Source: Kiritimatiellia bacterium
GTDB lineage: Bacteria; Verrucomicrobiota; Kiritimatiellia; RFP12; UBA1067
Assembly (NCBI GenBank): GCA_024405265.1
Contig: JAKSOZ010000006.1
Span: 1-62,964, forward strand
DNA: 62,964 nucleotides
Direction: 5' to 3'
The notes under the pieces are model-generated. The model was not told the origin of the DNA and did no database searches. It saw nothing but the letters and a program-made list of their open reading frames with translations. Positions within the stretch are counted from its first letter, which is position 1; every line of letters begins with the position of its first letter. Of this stretch, positions 17,223 through 26,346 are shown piece after piece. The position numbers and the translations under genes are program-made.

Positions 17223-18584
17223 TTAATCGTTCAGTCCCCACTCTTTCAACTTTCGATGAAGAGTACGGCGGTTCACGCCCAAAATCTCCGCCGCTTTCGT
17301 CTTATTGCCGCGAGTCTGCTGAAGCGCGGCAAGTATCTGGCTCTTTTCGTTATCGGCAAGCGACAACGAAAACGTGAGGCGCGAAGTATCCGGCGCGGTA
17401 GCGGGGAGGGGCGAAGAAATATCAAGCGGAAGATCGTCGACCGTCAGCTTTTCTCCCGCGGAGAGGACGACCATCTTTTCGATCACGTTACGAAGTTCAC
17501 GGACATTGCCCGGCCAAGAATACTCTTCCAAAAGCTTCATCGCTTTCGGGTCGACGCCCGTGATCTTGCGCGCATTCTGCTCGGAGAACTCTTTAACGAA
17601 ACGCGAAACCAAAAGCGCGATATCTTCGCGATGATCTTTAAGCGAAGGGGTTTTTATGTCGATGACATTAAGGCGATAATAAAGATCTTCGCGGAACTTA
17701 CCCTCTTTCACGAGCTGAGCAAGATCTTTATTCGTCGCGGCAACGAGACGGAAATCGACTTTCTTCTCCTGGTTACCGCCGAGACGACGCACAGATTTGG
17801 TTTCGATAGTTCTTAAAAGAGCGATCTGAGTCGAAAGTTCGATCTCGCCGATTTCATCGAGAAAGAGCGTTCCACCCTGAGCCTGCTCGAAGCAGCCCGC
17901 CTTACCTTCCTTTAGTCCGCCCGTGAAAGTACCGGGCTCATAACCGAAAAGCTCGGACTTCAAGAGCTCATCGGAAAACGCCGCGCACTCAACGGCGATA
18001 AAAGGACCCTTGGAGCGAGTCGAAAGGTTGTGAAGCGCTCGCGCTACGAGCTCTTTACCCGTACCGCTCGGACCTTCGATAAGGACATTCGCGGCGGTAG
18101 GCGCGGCGCGGCGAATAAGCGAATAGACGCGCTCCATAGCGGGCGACTTACCGGTGAAATTCTCAAGTTCGCCTTTAAGACGAGTCTTCAGCGAAGCGAC
18201 TTCCTTTTCGAGCGAGGCCGTCTTCAAGACTTGAGCGACGCGCATCGAAAAGCGATTCAAATCGGTAATCGGTTTCTGGAAGAAATCGGCCGCACCGTCT
18301 TTCATCGCGTCGACGGCGAGATCGACCGTACCATACGCGGTAAGGAGAATACAAGCGAGATCGGGACGAAGCGCCTTCGCTTCTTTAAGCAGCTCGACGC
18401 CGCTCTTACCGGGCATCTTCACGTCGGAGATCATAAGCATAAGCTCGCTCTCTTCGGCGATAAGCTTAAGCGCCGCGTCGGCATCGGGCGCGGTAAAACA
18501 CTCGTACTCGCTCTTGAACCACCGCGCGAGAGTATCGCGAAGCGGTTTTTCGTCATCAACGATAAGAATTTTCGGCTTCATCAT
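17223..18584 (-). CDS. sigma54-dependent response regulator (NtrC/AtoC family)
   Basis: REC domain, GPSGTGKE, GTFTGG (GAFTGA variant), LFLDEI, WPGNVREL, Fis HTH. Confidence 0.92.
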   Translation of the reverse strand: MMKPKILIVDDEKPLRDTLARWFKSEYECFTAPDADAALKLIAEESELMLMISDVKMPGKSGVELLKEAKALRPDLACILLTAYGTVDLAVDAMKDGAADFFQKPITDLNRFSMRVAQVLKTASLEKEVASLKTRLKGELENFTGKSPAMERVYSLIRRAAPTAANVLIEGPSGTGKELVARALHNLSTRSKGPFIAVECAAFSDELLKSELFGYEPGTFTGGLKEGKAGCFEQAQGGTLFLDEIGEIELSTQIALLRTIETKSVRRLGGNQEKKVDFRLVAATNKDLAQLVKEGKFREDLYYRLNVIDIKTPSLKDHREDIALLVSRFVKEFSEQNARKITGVDPKAMKLLEEYSWPGNVRELRNVIEKMVVLSAGEKLTVDDLPLDISSPLPATAPDTSRLTFSLSLADNEKSQILAALQQTRGNKTKAAEILGVNRRTLHRKLKEWGLND

Positions 18585-19609
18585 TTAAGCGCTCGCACGC
18601 GTTTTTCGATACGAGGAATTTTAATCGTGAAAAGGGTGCCGGAGCCGAGTTTGGACTCCGCGGAAATAGTGCCGCCATGTTCCGAGACGATGCGGCGCGT
18701 GATCATGAGCCCTAAACCGGTACCTTTTTCTTTCGTGGTTTTATAAGGCTCGAAGAGATTGACGAGCTGATCGGGGCTCATCCCAAGTCCGTTATCTCTG
18801 AACTTGGCGAAAACGTACGAGTCGTCACAGGAAAGTTCGATATCGATAACCCCGCCGTCTTTGATCGCTTCCAACGCGTTCTTGATCAAATTGAAAAAAA
18901 CCTGCTCCATCTGAGAGATATCGAGCGCAACCGGCGGAAGCGCCGCGGGTAAATCGAGATTGACGCTGATCGAGCGCTCGACGAACTGCTCTTTCATCGT
19001 CTTGAGACAGTTCTTAAGCGGATCCGCTAGTGACCCCGGCATCAAATTAGGTTTACGCGGTCTTAGCGCGGAAAGGAAGCCACGGATAATCCCGTCCAAG
19101 CGCTTGATTTGATCCTTGCAGATCTGAATCGATTCTTTATCGGTAGGATCGCGTTCGATAAGCTGAATGTTCAGCGCTATCGCATTCAACGGATTACCGA
19201 TTTCATGCGCGACGCCGGCAGCCAAATCGGCGATCGATTTCGCCGCGCCCGAGGCGAGCTCTTCTTCGCTACGCTTCTTCTCCGCCGAGATATCGCGATA
19301 AAGGGCGAGCGTATAACCCTTGGTCGGAATCGTTTGAACTTCGTAAATCTTCTCCTCGGGATAGGAGACGGCGAATTCGTTTTTCGACGCGGAGCCGAGC
19401 GGTAAGTCGAAATCGGGGAGACCTATCGCGGCGGAATTGCGAAAGGTCTCCACGCCGTTTTGATCGTAGACGACGACGCCTTCCTTCATGGCCTTAAGTA
19501 CAGTCTCGAGAAACGCGATCTCCTGCGTCGCTATGCGATATTGTTCGCGCAGCTTACGCTCGTCGAGCTTATCGATGTGCTTTAGAACACTCTGGAAGAA
19601 CGTCTTCAT
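18581..19609 (-). CDS. Cytoplasmic sensor histidine kinase
   Basis: AHEIGNPL H-box, NLIKNA, DNGLGM, GTGLGL; no TM helix. Confidence 0.92.
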   Translation of the reverse strand: MKTFFQSVLKHIDKLDERKLREQYRIATQEIAFLETVLKAMKEGVVVYDQNGVETFRNSAAIGLPDFDLPLGSASKNEFAVSYPEEKIYEVQTIPTKGYTLALYRDISAEKKRSEEELASGAAKSIADLAAGVAHEIGNPLNAIALNIQLIERDPTDKESIQICKDQIKRLDGIIRGFLSALRPRKPNLMPGSLADPLKNCLKTMKEQFVERSISVNLDLPAALPPVALDISQMEQVFFNLIKNALEAIKDGGVIDIELSCDDSYVFAKFRDNGLGMSPDQLVNLFEPYKTTKEKGTGLGLMITRRIVSEHGGTISAESKLGSGTLFTIKIPRIEKRVRALK

Positions 19610-19630
19610 CTACTAAGCACTATGCACTAA

Positions 19631-20938
19631 TTACTTCTTACGGTTATCGATAACGCGCTTGATCTTGCCCTGAGAGCGGGGAAGGGTGCCGGGGGCGACG
19701 ATATAGAGTTTCGGGCTTAGACCGACAACTTCCTTGATCGCGACGGCAACGCGCTTCTTGATAGCTTCGCACGCGGCGGGATCCTGCGAGACGGCGATCG
19801 AGTTGACTTCGACCTGAATCTCGAAGAGGTCCATCGTATCCGTCGAGGAGAGGATGATCATGTAGTGAGGCGCGACTTCGGGAACCTTCATAAGGCAAGC
19901 TTCGATCTGGCTCGGGAAGACGTTTACGCCGTGGATGATCAGCATATCGTCAGAGCGCGCGTGGACGCGGTCCATGACGCGCATCGTACGTCCGCACTTG
20001 CAAGACCCAAGCTGGAGACGCGAAAGGTCGCGCGTACGATAGCGGATCATAGGCGTTCCGACGCGGTCGAGCGTCGTGAAGACGAGTTCGCCTTCTTCGC
20101 CGTCGGGAAGAACCTCGAGCGTATCGGGGTCGATGATTTCCGGATAGAAGTGGTCTTCCCAGACATGGAGTCCGTGGCAATGTTCGCAATTACCGGCAAC
20201 GCCGGGACCGGCGATTTCTGTAAGGCCGTAGATGTCGTGAGCGGTGATGCCGGAGATATCCTCGATTTTTTCACGGATCTCGTCGGTCCAGGGCTCGGCA
20301 CCGAAAACGCCGTGCTTGAGCTTCGTGTCGCGGCGGAAATCGACGCCCATCTTCTCGGCGACGGTCGCGAGGTGAAGGAAGTAGCTCGGGGTGCAGCAGA
20401 TCGCCGTCACGCCCAAGTCCTGCATGAGCATGATCTGCTTCTCGGTATTACCGGCGCCCGTAGGAAGGACGGCGCAACCGAGTTCTTCCGCGCCATAGTG
20501 CGCGCCGAGACCACCGGTGAAAAGGCCGTAGCCGTAAGAAACCTGAACGATGTCGTCCTTGGTGATGCCGTACATCGCCATGCAACGCGCGACGCCTTCG
20601 GTCCAAATCTTGACGTCGTTCTTCGTCTGAGGAATGCAAATCGGCTTGCCGGTAGTACCCGAGGAGCAGTGGAAGCGGTTGATTTCGCTCATGGGCGCCG
20701 CAGTAAGCCCGTAGGGATATTCGTCACGAAGGTCGGTCTTCTTCATGAAGGGGAACTTGCCGAGATCCTTCAAGGTCACGAGGTCACGAGGCTTCACGCC
20801 TTTCTCATCGCAACGAGTGCGGAAGAGCTTGACGTTTTCGTATTCATAAGGAATGATCTTCTGCAATTTTTCGAGCTGCATCTTGCGGAGCTCGGGAATC
20901 GGCATAAAGTCGGGATTGGAGACGCCTTCGATTTTCAT
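19631..20938 (-). CDS. paaK: Phenylacetate-CoA ligase family
   Basis: SSGTTGKP, YGYGLFTGG, YGLTE, RYRTRD, GVNVFPSQIE. Confidence 0.9.
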   Translation of the reverse strand: MKIEGVSNPDFMPIPELRKMQLEKLQKIIPYEYENVKLFRTRCDEKGVKPRDLVTLKDLGKFPFMKKTDLRDEYPYGLTAAPMSEINRFHCSSGTTGKPICIPQTKNDVKIWTEGVARCMAMYGITKDDIVQVSYGYGLFTGGLGAHYGAEELGCAVLPTGAGNTEKQIMLMQDLGVTAICCTPSYFLHLATVAEKMGVDFRRDTKLKHGVFGAEPWTDEIREKIEDISGITAHDIYGLTEIAGPGVAGNCEHCHGLHVWEDHFYPEIIDPDTLEVLPDGEEGELVFTTLDRVGTPMIRYRTRDLSRLQLGSCKCGRTMRVMDRVHARSDDMLIIHGVNVFPSQIEACLMKVPEVAPHYMIILSSTDTMDLFEIQVEVNSIAVSQDPAACEAIKKRVAVAIKEVVGLSPKLYIVAPGTLPRSQGKIKRVIDNRKK

Positions 20939-20971
20939 AGGATTTAGGGAGTAGTGGGTAGTGGTTAGTTA

Positions 20972-22018
20972 TTAGTGAAAGGAGGATAGGGCTTTTATGA
21001 GCTTCGCCATCTGCTCGGGAGTGCCGATAGTTATGCGGAGTCTTTCGCCCGTCTTGGGCCCCGGGAAGTAGCGGACGAATATCTTCTTTTCTTTAAGCGC
21101 GGCGAAGATGTCCGCGGCGTTTTGACCTTCGGGCGGCTTCGCGAAGATGAAGTTCGTCTCGGAAGGGAGAACGTCCCAACCACGCGAAACAAGCGCCGCA
21201 GTAAGCTTCTCGCGCTCGGCGACGACCTTCTTCACGTTGCTACGCATGTAAGAATAATCCTTGAACGCGACGAGAGCGATCGCCTGGGCAAGGGCATCGA
21301 CATTGTAGGAGTCCTTGACCTTGTACATCGCCTCGATAAGCTTCTCAGGCCCCACGCAATAGCCGACGCGAAGTCCCGCGAGCGAAAAGCTCTTCGAGAA
21401 AGTGCGCATCACGATCAAATTCTCATTGCCTTCCTTCGTCGCGAGGTGCATGCAGTTCTCGGAAGCGAAATCGGCGTAAGCTTCGTCGACGATCACGACT
21501 CCCTTGAACTTCGCCGCGAAGTCCTCAATCTCGCTCGGGCCTTTCATCATCCCGGTCGGCGCATTAGGATTAGTAAGGAGGAAAAGGGAAGGACTAGAAG
21601 TTCTAGCTGCTCTAGAAGTTCTAGAAAGACTAGCTAGATCGAAGCCTCCCCAAGGGACGTCTCGAATATCCGCTAAAGTCTTATAGAGCGAATAGCTCGG
21701 ATCCAATGAGCCGATCGACTCGTCATTCTCGACGAAAGCTTTCGCGGCAAGAGCAAGAATCTCGTCGGAGCCGTTACCGACGAACACTTTTTCGATCGTT
21801 GTCTTGAAGCGCTTCGCGATAGCTTCACGAAGTTTTATGAAGACGGGATCGGGATACTTGCGAAGATATTCGAGATCGAAATTTCTTAAAACCTCCAAGC
21901 ACTTCGGGCTCGGAGGGTAAGGGTTCTCGTTCGTATTGAGCTTTACGACTCCGCGGCACTTCGGCTGTTCGCCGGGAGTGTACGCCACAAGCTTCTGGAC
22001 GGACTTGGTGATGCCCAT
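20972..22018 (-). CDS. hisC: Histidinol-phosphate aminotransferase
   Basis: KLNTNENPY, GNGSDE, NPNAPTG, DEAY, RTFSK..LAGLRVG. Confidence 0.93.
   Translation of the reverse strand: MGITKSVQKLVAYTPGEQPKCRGVVKLNTNENPYPPSPKCLEVLRNFDLEYLRKYPDPVFIKLREAIAKRFKTTIEKVFVGNGSDEILALAAKAFVENDESIGSLDPSYSLYKTLADIRDVPWGGFDLASLSRTSRAARTSSPSLFLLTNPNAPTGMMKGPSEIEDFAAKFKGVVIVDEAYADFASENCMHLATKEGNENLIVMRTFSKSFSLAGLRVGYCVGPEKLIEAMYKVKDSYNVDALAQAIALVAFKDYSYMRSNVKKVVAEREKLTAALVSRGWDVLPSETNFIFAKPPEGQNAADIFAALKEKKIFVRYFPGPKTGERLRITIGTPEQMAKLIKALSSFH
21594..21637. repeat. CTAG-rich 9-bp tandem repeat inside hisC
   Basis: CTAG at 21594, 21603, 21612, 21621, 21630, 21634. Confidence 0.8.
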
Positions 22019-22024
22019 GAGAAA

Positions 22025-22393
22025 TTATTCGTGATTGATGAGCTCTGCGGAAGTGTGATACGTCGTTCTCGCGACTATGAAGAAAAGAATCTTCTCTTCA
22101 CTCCGAAAGCTCACGAGGTTCGCGTAATCGCGATAGCCACCTTGAGTAAGCGTGCGATCAACGATCTTTACGTTATCCTGCAACGTAGCGGTATTGCGAA
22201 ACCAAGACTGCTTCCAGGAGTTCGGATGATCGGGATTACCGGAGACGAGCGGAACGAAATTGAGAAGTCTCCAACAAGAGTTCTCGATCGTAACCAAATC
22301 GACGTTGCCTTTATGGCTGATATTGACACTACAGCAACCGGCGAGAGAGAAAGCAAGCGCGATCAGAAGAGATAATGAGATAATGCGTTTCAT
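22025..22393 (-). CDS. Lipoprotein, hypothetical
   Basis: Signal peptide with LAGC lipobox; N.CWRLLN..P.VSG shared with neighbour. Confidence 0.75.
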   Translation of the reverse strand: MKRIISLSLLIALAFSLAGCCSVNISHKGNVDLVTIENSCWRLLNFVPLVSGNPDHPNSWKQSWFRNTATLQDNVKIVDRTLTQGGYRDYANLVSFRSEEKILFFIVARTTYHTSAELINHE

Positions 22394-22794
22394 CGAATGA
22401 CTCCCGAGATCTGAATTTCACGATAGCAGAGAAAATACGGAATCGGCACCGGTATCTGCGTGAAAGGAATATCGAAGAGGACACTATCGTAAGTATGATA
22501 GACGATGTTGTCAGGGGTCTTGCCGCGCTTTTCGGTGTATTCCATAAAGCGTTCTTGAACCTTATCCATCGTCACGTCATCACGAAAGAATACCGCATAC
22601 CCTTGATTCTCCAATGTCGGAGTCGTGGCGTCGCCGCATACGACCGGAATGATGTTAAATAGACGCCAGCCATAGTTGGCGACGATTACATGCTCTTCTC
22701 CCGTCGTCTGCGATATCGACGTGTCTATGGAGAAACATCCGCTGAGACATAAAGTCGCAAGCAAGGTAAAAATGACACACATTATATTTTTCAT
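22390..22794 (-). CDS. Lipoprotein, hypothetical (paralog of 22025-22393)
   Basis: MKNIM..LSGC lipobox; NYGWRLFN..P.VCG; start reassigned to ATG 22794 downstream of TGGTATAAT. Confidence 0.75.
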   Translation of the reverse strand: MKNIMCVIFTLLATLCLSGCFSIDTSISQTTGEEHVIVANYGWRLFNIIPVVCGDATTPTLENQGYAVFFRDDVTMDKVQERFMEYTEKRGKTPDNIVYHTYDSVLFDIPFTQIPVPIPYFLCYREIQISGVIR

Positions 22795-22803
22795 AGTGTA
22801 AGT

Positions 22804-22863
22804 ATTATACCATAGAAGATTTGAATTTGACAATTGAAAAAGCGATTGAAAATTTGGTATAAT
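22804..22863. promoter_or_regulatory. Back-to-back extended -10 promoters
   Basis: TGGTATAAT on minus strand (22812-22804) and plus strand (22855-22863). Confidence 0.65.
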
Positions 22864-22870
22864 ACAAAGC

Positions 22871-24247
22871 ATGAAAATGAACTATATGCCGATGGATAAG
22901 TATTGCGCAGAATACATGCGCTACTTGGGTATTGCCAAGACCGAACGCCGCAGCTATTCCGAAAGCGAGCGTCTTCTCAAGGCTAAAGGGTTTAAGGAAA
23001 TCTCCGCTTTCAAAACTTTGAAGGCCGGAGATAAGGTTTATCGCGGTTACGAAGGCCGTACGATCATGGCCGCCGTTATCGGCAAGAAGCCGATCAGCGA
23101 AGTCGGTCTTAAGGTCGTCGGCGGTCATACCGATGCGCCGCGTCTCGACTTGAAGCCGATTCCGCTTTACGAAAAGGGCGGCACGCTCTTCTTTGATTGC
23201 CACATGTATGGCGGCATCAAGAAGTATCAGTGGCTTACACTCCCCTTGGCGCTTTACGGATCGGTCGTCAAGAAGGACGGCACTCAGGTCGACATTGCCG
23301 TCGGCGATAAGGAAGGCGATCCCGTCTTCATGATCACTGATATTCTTCCGCACCTCGGTTACGACCAGGCGAAGGAGACGCGCGATAAGTTCTTCCCGGC
23401 GGAAGATCTCGACGTCGTCGCTTGGGTAAGCGAAGAGAAGGCCGAGAAGGGTAAGAAGGATAAAGACGAAAAGAAGAAGGTTTCTCCGCTCAAGAAGTCG
23501 TTCCTCGATTTCCTCAAGAAGGAATATGATCTCGAAGAAGAGGACTTCCTCTCCGCTGAACTCGAAATGGTTCCTGCGGGTCTCCCTAAGGAAGTCGGCT
23601 TCGACCGCATGCTTATCGGCGGCTACGGTCACGATGACCGCGTCTGCTCGTTCGCGGGTCTCCAGGCGCTCCTCAATGCCGCGGACGAAGTGCCCGAACA
23701 GACCGCGTCGATTTTGATGTGCGACAAGGAAGAAATCGGCTCCGTCGGCTCGACCGGCATGCAGAGCTCGTTCTTTGAAAACACTGTCGCAGAACTCATC
23801 GAACGCCAGGAAAAGAACGCTCGTGATATCATGGTTCGTCGTGCGCTTGAAAAGAGCTCGATGCTCTCCGCCGATGTCACGGCCGCGTCCGATCCTCACT
23901 TCGAATCGCTTGACTCGACCGGAAATGCCGCGAAGCTCGGCAAGGGCGTCGCGGCGTCGAAGTACACGGGCGGCACGTCGAAGGGCGGCTCGAGCGACTG
24001 CGGTCCCGAGTTCGTCGCGTTCATCCGCAAGGTCATGGACGAAGGCAAGGTCGAGTGGCAGATGGCCGAACTCGGCAAGCAGGAGAAGGGCGGAGGCGGC
24101 ACGATCGCGCAGTATATGTCGCGCTTCGGCATGAAGGTCCTCGATATGGGTACGCCGATGTGGAATATGCACGCTCCTTGGGAAATCACCCACAAGAACG
24201 ACTGCTGGCAGACCTATCGCGCTTACAGCGCCTATTTGAGGGCTTAA
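22871..24247 (+). CDS. M18 family aminopeptidase
   Basis: HTDAPRLDLKP, HDDRVC, DKEEIGS, ADV, KYTG, MHAP. Confidence 0.92.
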   Translation: MKMNYMPMDKYCAEYMRYLGIAKTERRSYSESERLLKAKGFKEISAFKTLKAGDKVYRGYEGRTIMAAVIGKKPISEVGLKVVGGHTDAPRLDLKPIPLYEKGGTLFFDCHMYGGIKKYQWLTLPLALYGSVVKKDGTQVDIAVGDKEGDPVFMITDILPHLGYDQAKETRDKFFPAEDLDVVAWVSEEKAEKGKKDKDEKKKVSPLKKSFLDFLKKEYDLEEEDFLSAELEMVPAGLPKEVGFDRMLIGGYGHDDRVCSFAGLQALLNAADEVPEQTASILMCDKEEIGSVGSTGMQSSFFENTVAELIERQEKNARDIMVRRALEKSSMLSADVTAASDPHFESLDSTGNAAKLGKGVAASKYTGGTSKGGSSDCGPEFVAFIRKVMDEGKVEWQMAELGKQEKGGGGTIAQYMSRFGMKVLDMGTPMWNMHAPWEITHKNDCWQTYRAYSAYLRA

Positions 24248-24251
24248 GAAA

Positions 24252-25442
24252 ATGCAGACCGTAACGACCGCGATCAAGAACTCGATGGATTCGTCGAGCT
24301 GGATCCGTAAGATGTTCGAGAAGGGGCTCGAGCTCAAGAAAGAGTTCGGCGCCGATGCCGTTTGCGATTTCTCGCTCGGTAATCCCGACGTTCCACCGCC
24401 TCAAAAGGTGAAAGACGAGCTTATCAAGCTCGCCGACGCGGCGATTCAGCCGCTTGGACTCGGATATTGCCCGAACGCGGGTATTCCCGCCGTTCGTGAG
24501 AAGATGGCCGAATATCTTTCGAAGCAGCAGGAAACGCCCGTTCAGGCGAAGGATATCGTCATGACCGTCGGCGCAGCGGGAGCGCTCGTTTCGTTCTTCC
24601 GCGCCGTTATCGAGCCCGGCGATGAAGTCCTTACTCCTGCGCCTTATTTCGTTGAATACGGCGCTTATTGCGGTCACTTTGGCGGCGTCTTAAAGACGGT
24701 TCCGTCGATTCCTCCGACGTTCAGGCCCGATGTGAAGGGGATTGAGGCGGCGATTACCGACAAGACTCGTGCGATTATCATCAATTCGCCCAATAATCCG
24801 ACCGGTTGCATCTATGCCGAGGAAGATTTGAAGGCGATTGCGGCAATCGTCGAGAAGGTGAATGAGAGAAGGGAACGACCCCTTTTCATTCTCTCCGACG
24901 AACCTTATCGTGCGTTCGCTTATGACGGCGCGAAAGTGCCGGCGATGCTTCCTTTGTCTAAGTATGCGTGCGTTCTCGGCAGCTTCTCGAAGACGCTCTC
25001 GCTCGCCGGTGAACGTATCGGCTACTTTGTCGCCAATCCCGCGATGCCTGACCAGGAGACGCTCGTCGCCGCAGTTACGCTTACTAATCGTACGCTCGGC
25101 TTCGTCAACGCTCCCGTTATCGGACAACGCCTCGCCGCGGCGCTCGTTAACGAAACCGTTGATCTCGACATCTATGATCGTCGTCGTAAACTTATGGCAA
25201 CGGTCTTAAGCGACGCGGGAATCGAATTTGAGATGCCCAAGGGCGCATTTTATTTCTTTGCGAAAAGTCCCGTCGAAGATGATATGCAGTTCGTAGACGC
25301 GCTTTTGAAGGAAAAGATTCTCGTCGTTACCGGTAAAGGTTTCGGTTTCGCAGGTTACGTGAGACTGTCTTGCTCCGTGGACGAAAAGATCATCGAACGC
25401 TCGGCCGAGGGCTTCAAACGCGCTATGAATAGCTTTAAGTAA
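24252..25442 (+). CDS. Class I/II PLP aminotransferase (aspartate aminotransferase-like)
   Basis: SWIRKMFE, FSLGNP, NSPNNPTG, DEPY, SFSKTLSLAGERIG. Confidence 0.92.
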   Translation: MQTVTTAIKNSMDSSSWIRKMFEKGLELKKEFGADAVCDFSLGNPDVPPPQKVKDELIKLADAAIQPLGLGYCPNAGIPAVREKMAEYLSKQQETPVQAKDIVMTVGAAGALVSFFRAVIEPGDEVLTPAPYFVEYGAYCGHFGGVLKTVPSIPPTFRPDVKGIEAAITDKTRAIIINSPNNPTGCIYAEEDLKAIAAIVEKVNERRERPLFILSDEPYRAFAYDGAKVPAMLPLSKYACVLGSFSKTLSLAGERIGYFVANPAMPDQETLVAAVTLTNRTLGFVNAPVIGQRLAAALVNETVDLDIYDRRRKLMATVLSDAGIEFEMPKGAFYFFAKSPVEDDMQFVDALLKEKILVVTGKGFGFAGYVRLSCSVDEKIIERSAEGFKRAMNSFK

Positions 25443-25479
25443 AATCCGTACAACGCGGGTTATGTAAACTAGGAGTATT

Positions 25480-26343
25480 ATGGAAATCGAGTCTGAAGAA
25501 ATACCGCCCACTAATGCCGTTAGCCTATATGGCGAGTCGAATGACGCGATGGACGACTTTCCGATTCTGAAAGCGTTCCAACAGTACGTTGATAACGAGC
25601 AGTCCAAAGCCAGAAAGCGCATGTATTTACTTTGCGCACTTTTCGCTTTTATTTTGACGATGGTCGTTTCGGTATTCTCGGTGATGATCGTGAATCTTAA
25701 CGAGCGTAATCAAACATTGAATGATAGACTCGTGGATTTCGCCATGAAAGATCGCCAGCAAGCTCCGAGTGCGCCGGTCGTCGTTCAGCCGAGCCAGGAC
25801 AACTCGATGGTTATGGCGTTGAGCGCCAAGCTAGAATCGCTCCAACAGATGATCATCGAGCAAAACAAAGCCAAGGCCGAAAAGACCGCGGACGAAACGC
25901 CTAAGAGCGTCGCTCCTAGCGCCGAACAGATCGAGCTTGAGAACAAGCTTAAAGCTCAGCAGCAAAAGATTGAAAAGGCTACCGCCCTTCTAAAAGCTCA
26001 AAAAGAGCAGATCGAAGCTGAAAAGGCCAAGTTACGCGAGCAGGAACTAGAGGCGTATCGCCGCAAATATTATCCCGAATTCTACGAAAAAGAGGTCAAG
26101 AAAGCCCAAAAAGCTCAAAAGCCTACCACTAAAAAAGTCATCAAACCGATTAAAAAGGTTGAAGTGATTGAAGATATCAACGTAGACGATGAAGAAATCG
26201 ATGATATCGATCTTGACGACGTCGACATCGATGACGATGAATTCGAAGATTATTACGACGAAGAGGATGAAGAAGAAATCGACGAGGATTATGAAATCCC
26301 CGTCGACACTAAAAAGAGCTCCTGGAGAATTCCTCGGGAATAA
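25480..26343 (+). CDS. Single-TM coiled-coil protein with acidic C-terminal tail
   Basis: One hydrophobic helix, Q/E/K coiled coil, D/E-rich tail; RBS AGGAG. Confidence 0.7.
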   Translation: MEIESEEIPPTNAVSLYGESNDAMDDFPILKAFQQYVDNEQSKARKRMYLLCALFAFILTMVVSVFSVMIVNLNERNQTLNDRLVDFAMKDRQQAPSAPVVVQPSQDNSMVMALSAKLESLQQMIIEQNKAKAEKTADETPKSVAPSAEQIELENKLKAQQQKIEKATALLKAQKEQIEAEKAKLREQELEAYRRKYYPEFYEKEVKKAQKAQKPTTKKVIKPIKKVEVIEDINVDDEEIDDIDLDDVDIDDDEFEDYYDEEDEEEIDEDYEIPVDTKKSSWRIPRE

Positions 26344-26346
26344 TCC

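Noticed and set aside
22805-24337. 510-aa minus-strand ORF
   Set aside because: Shadow of the M18 aminopeptidase caused by codon bias
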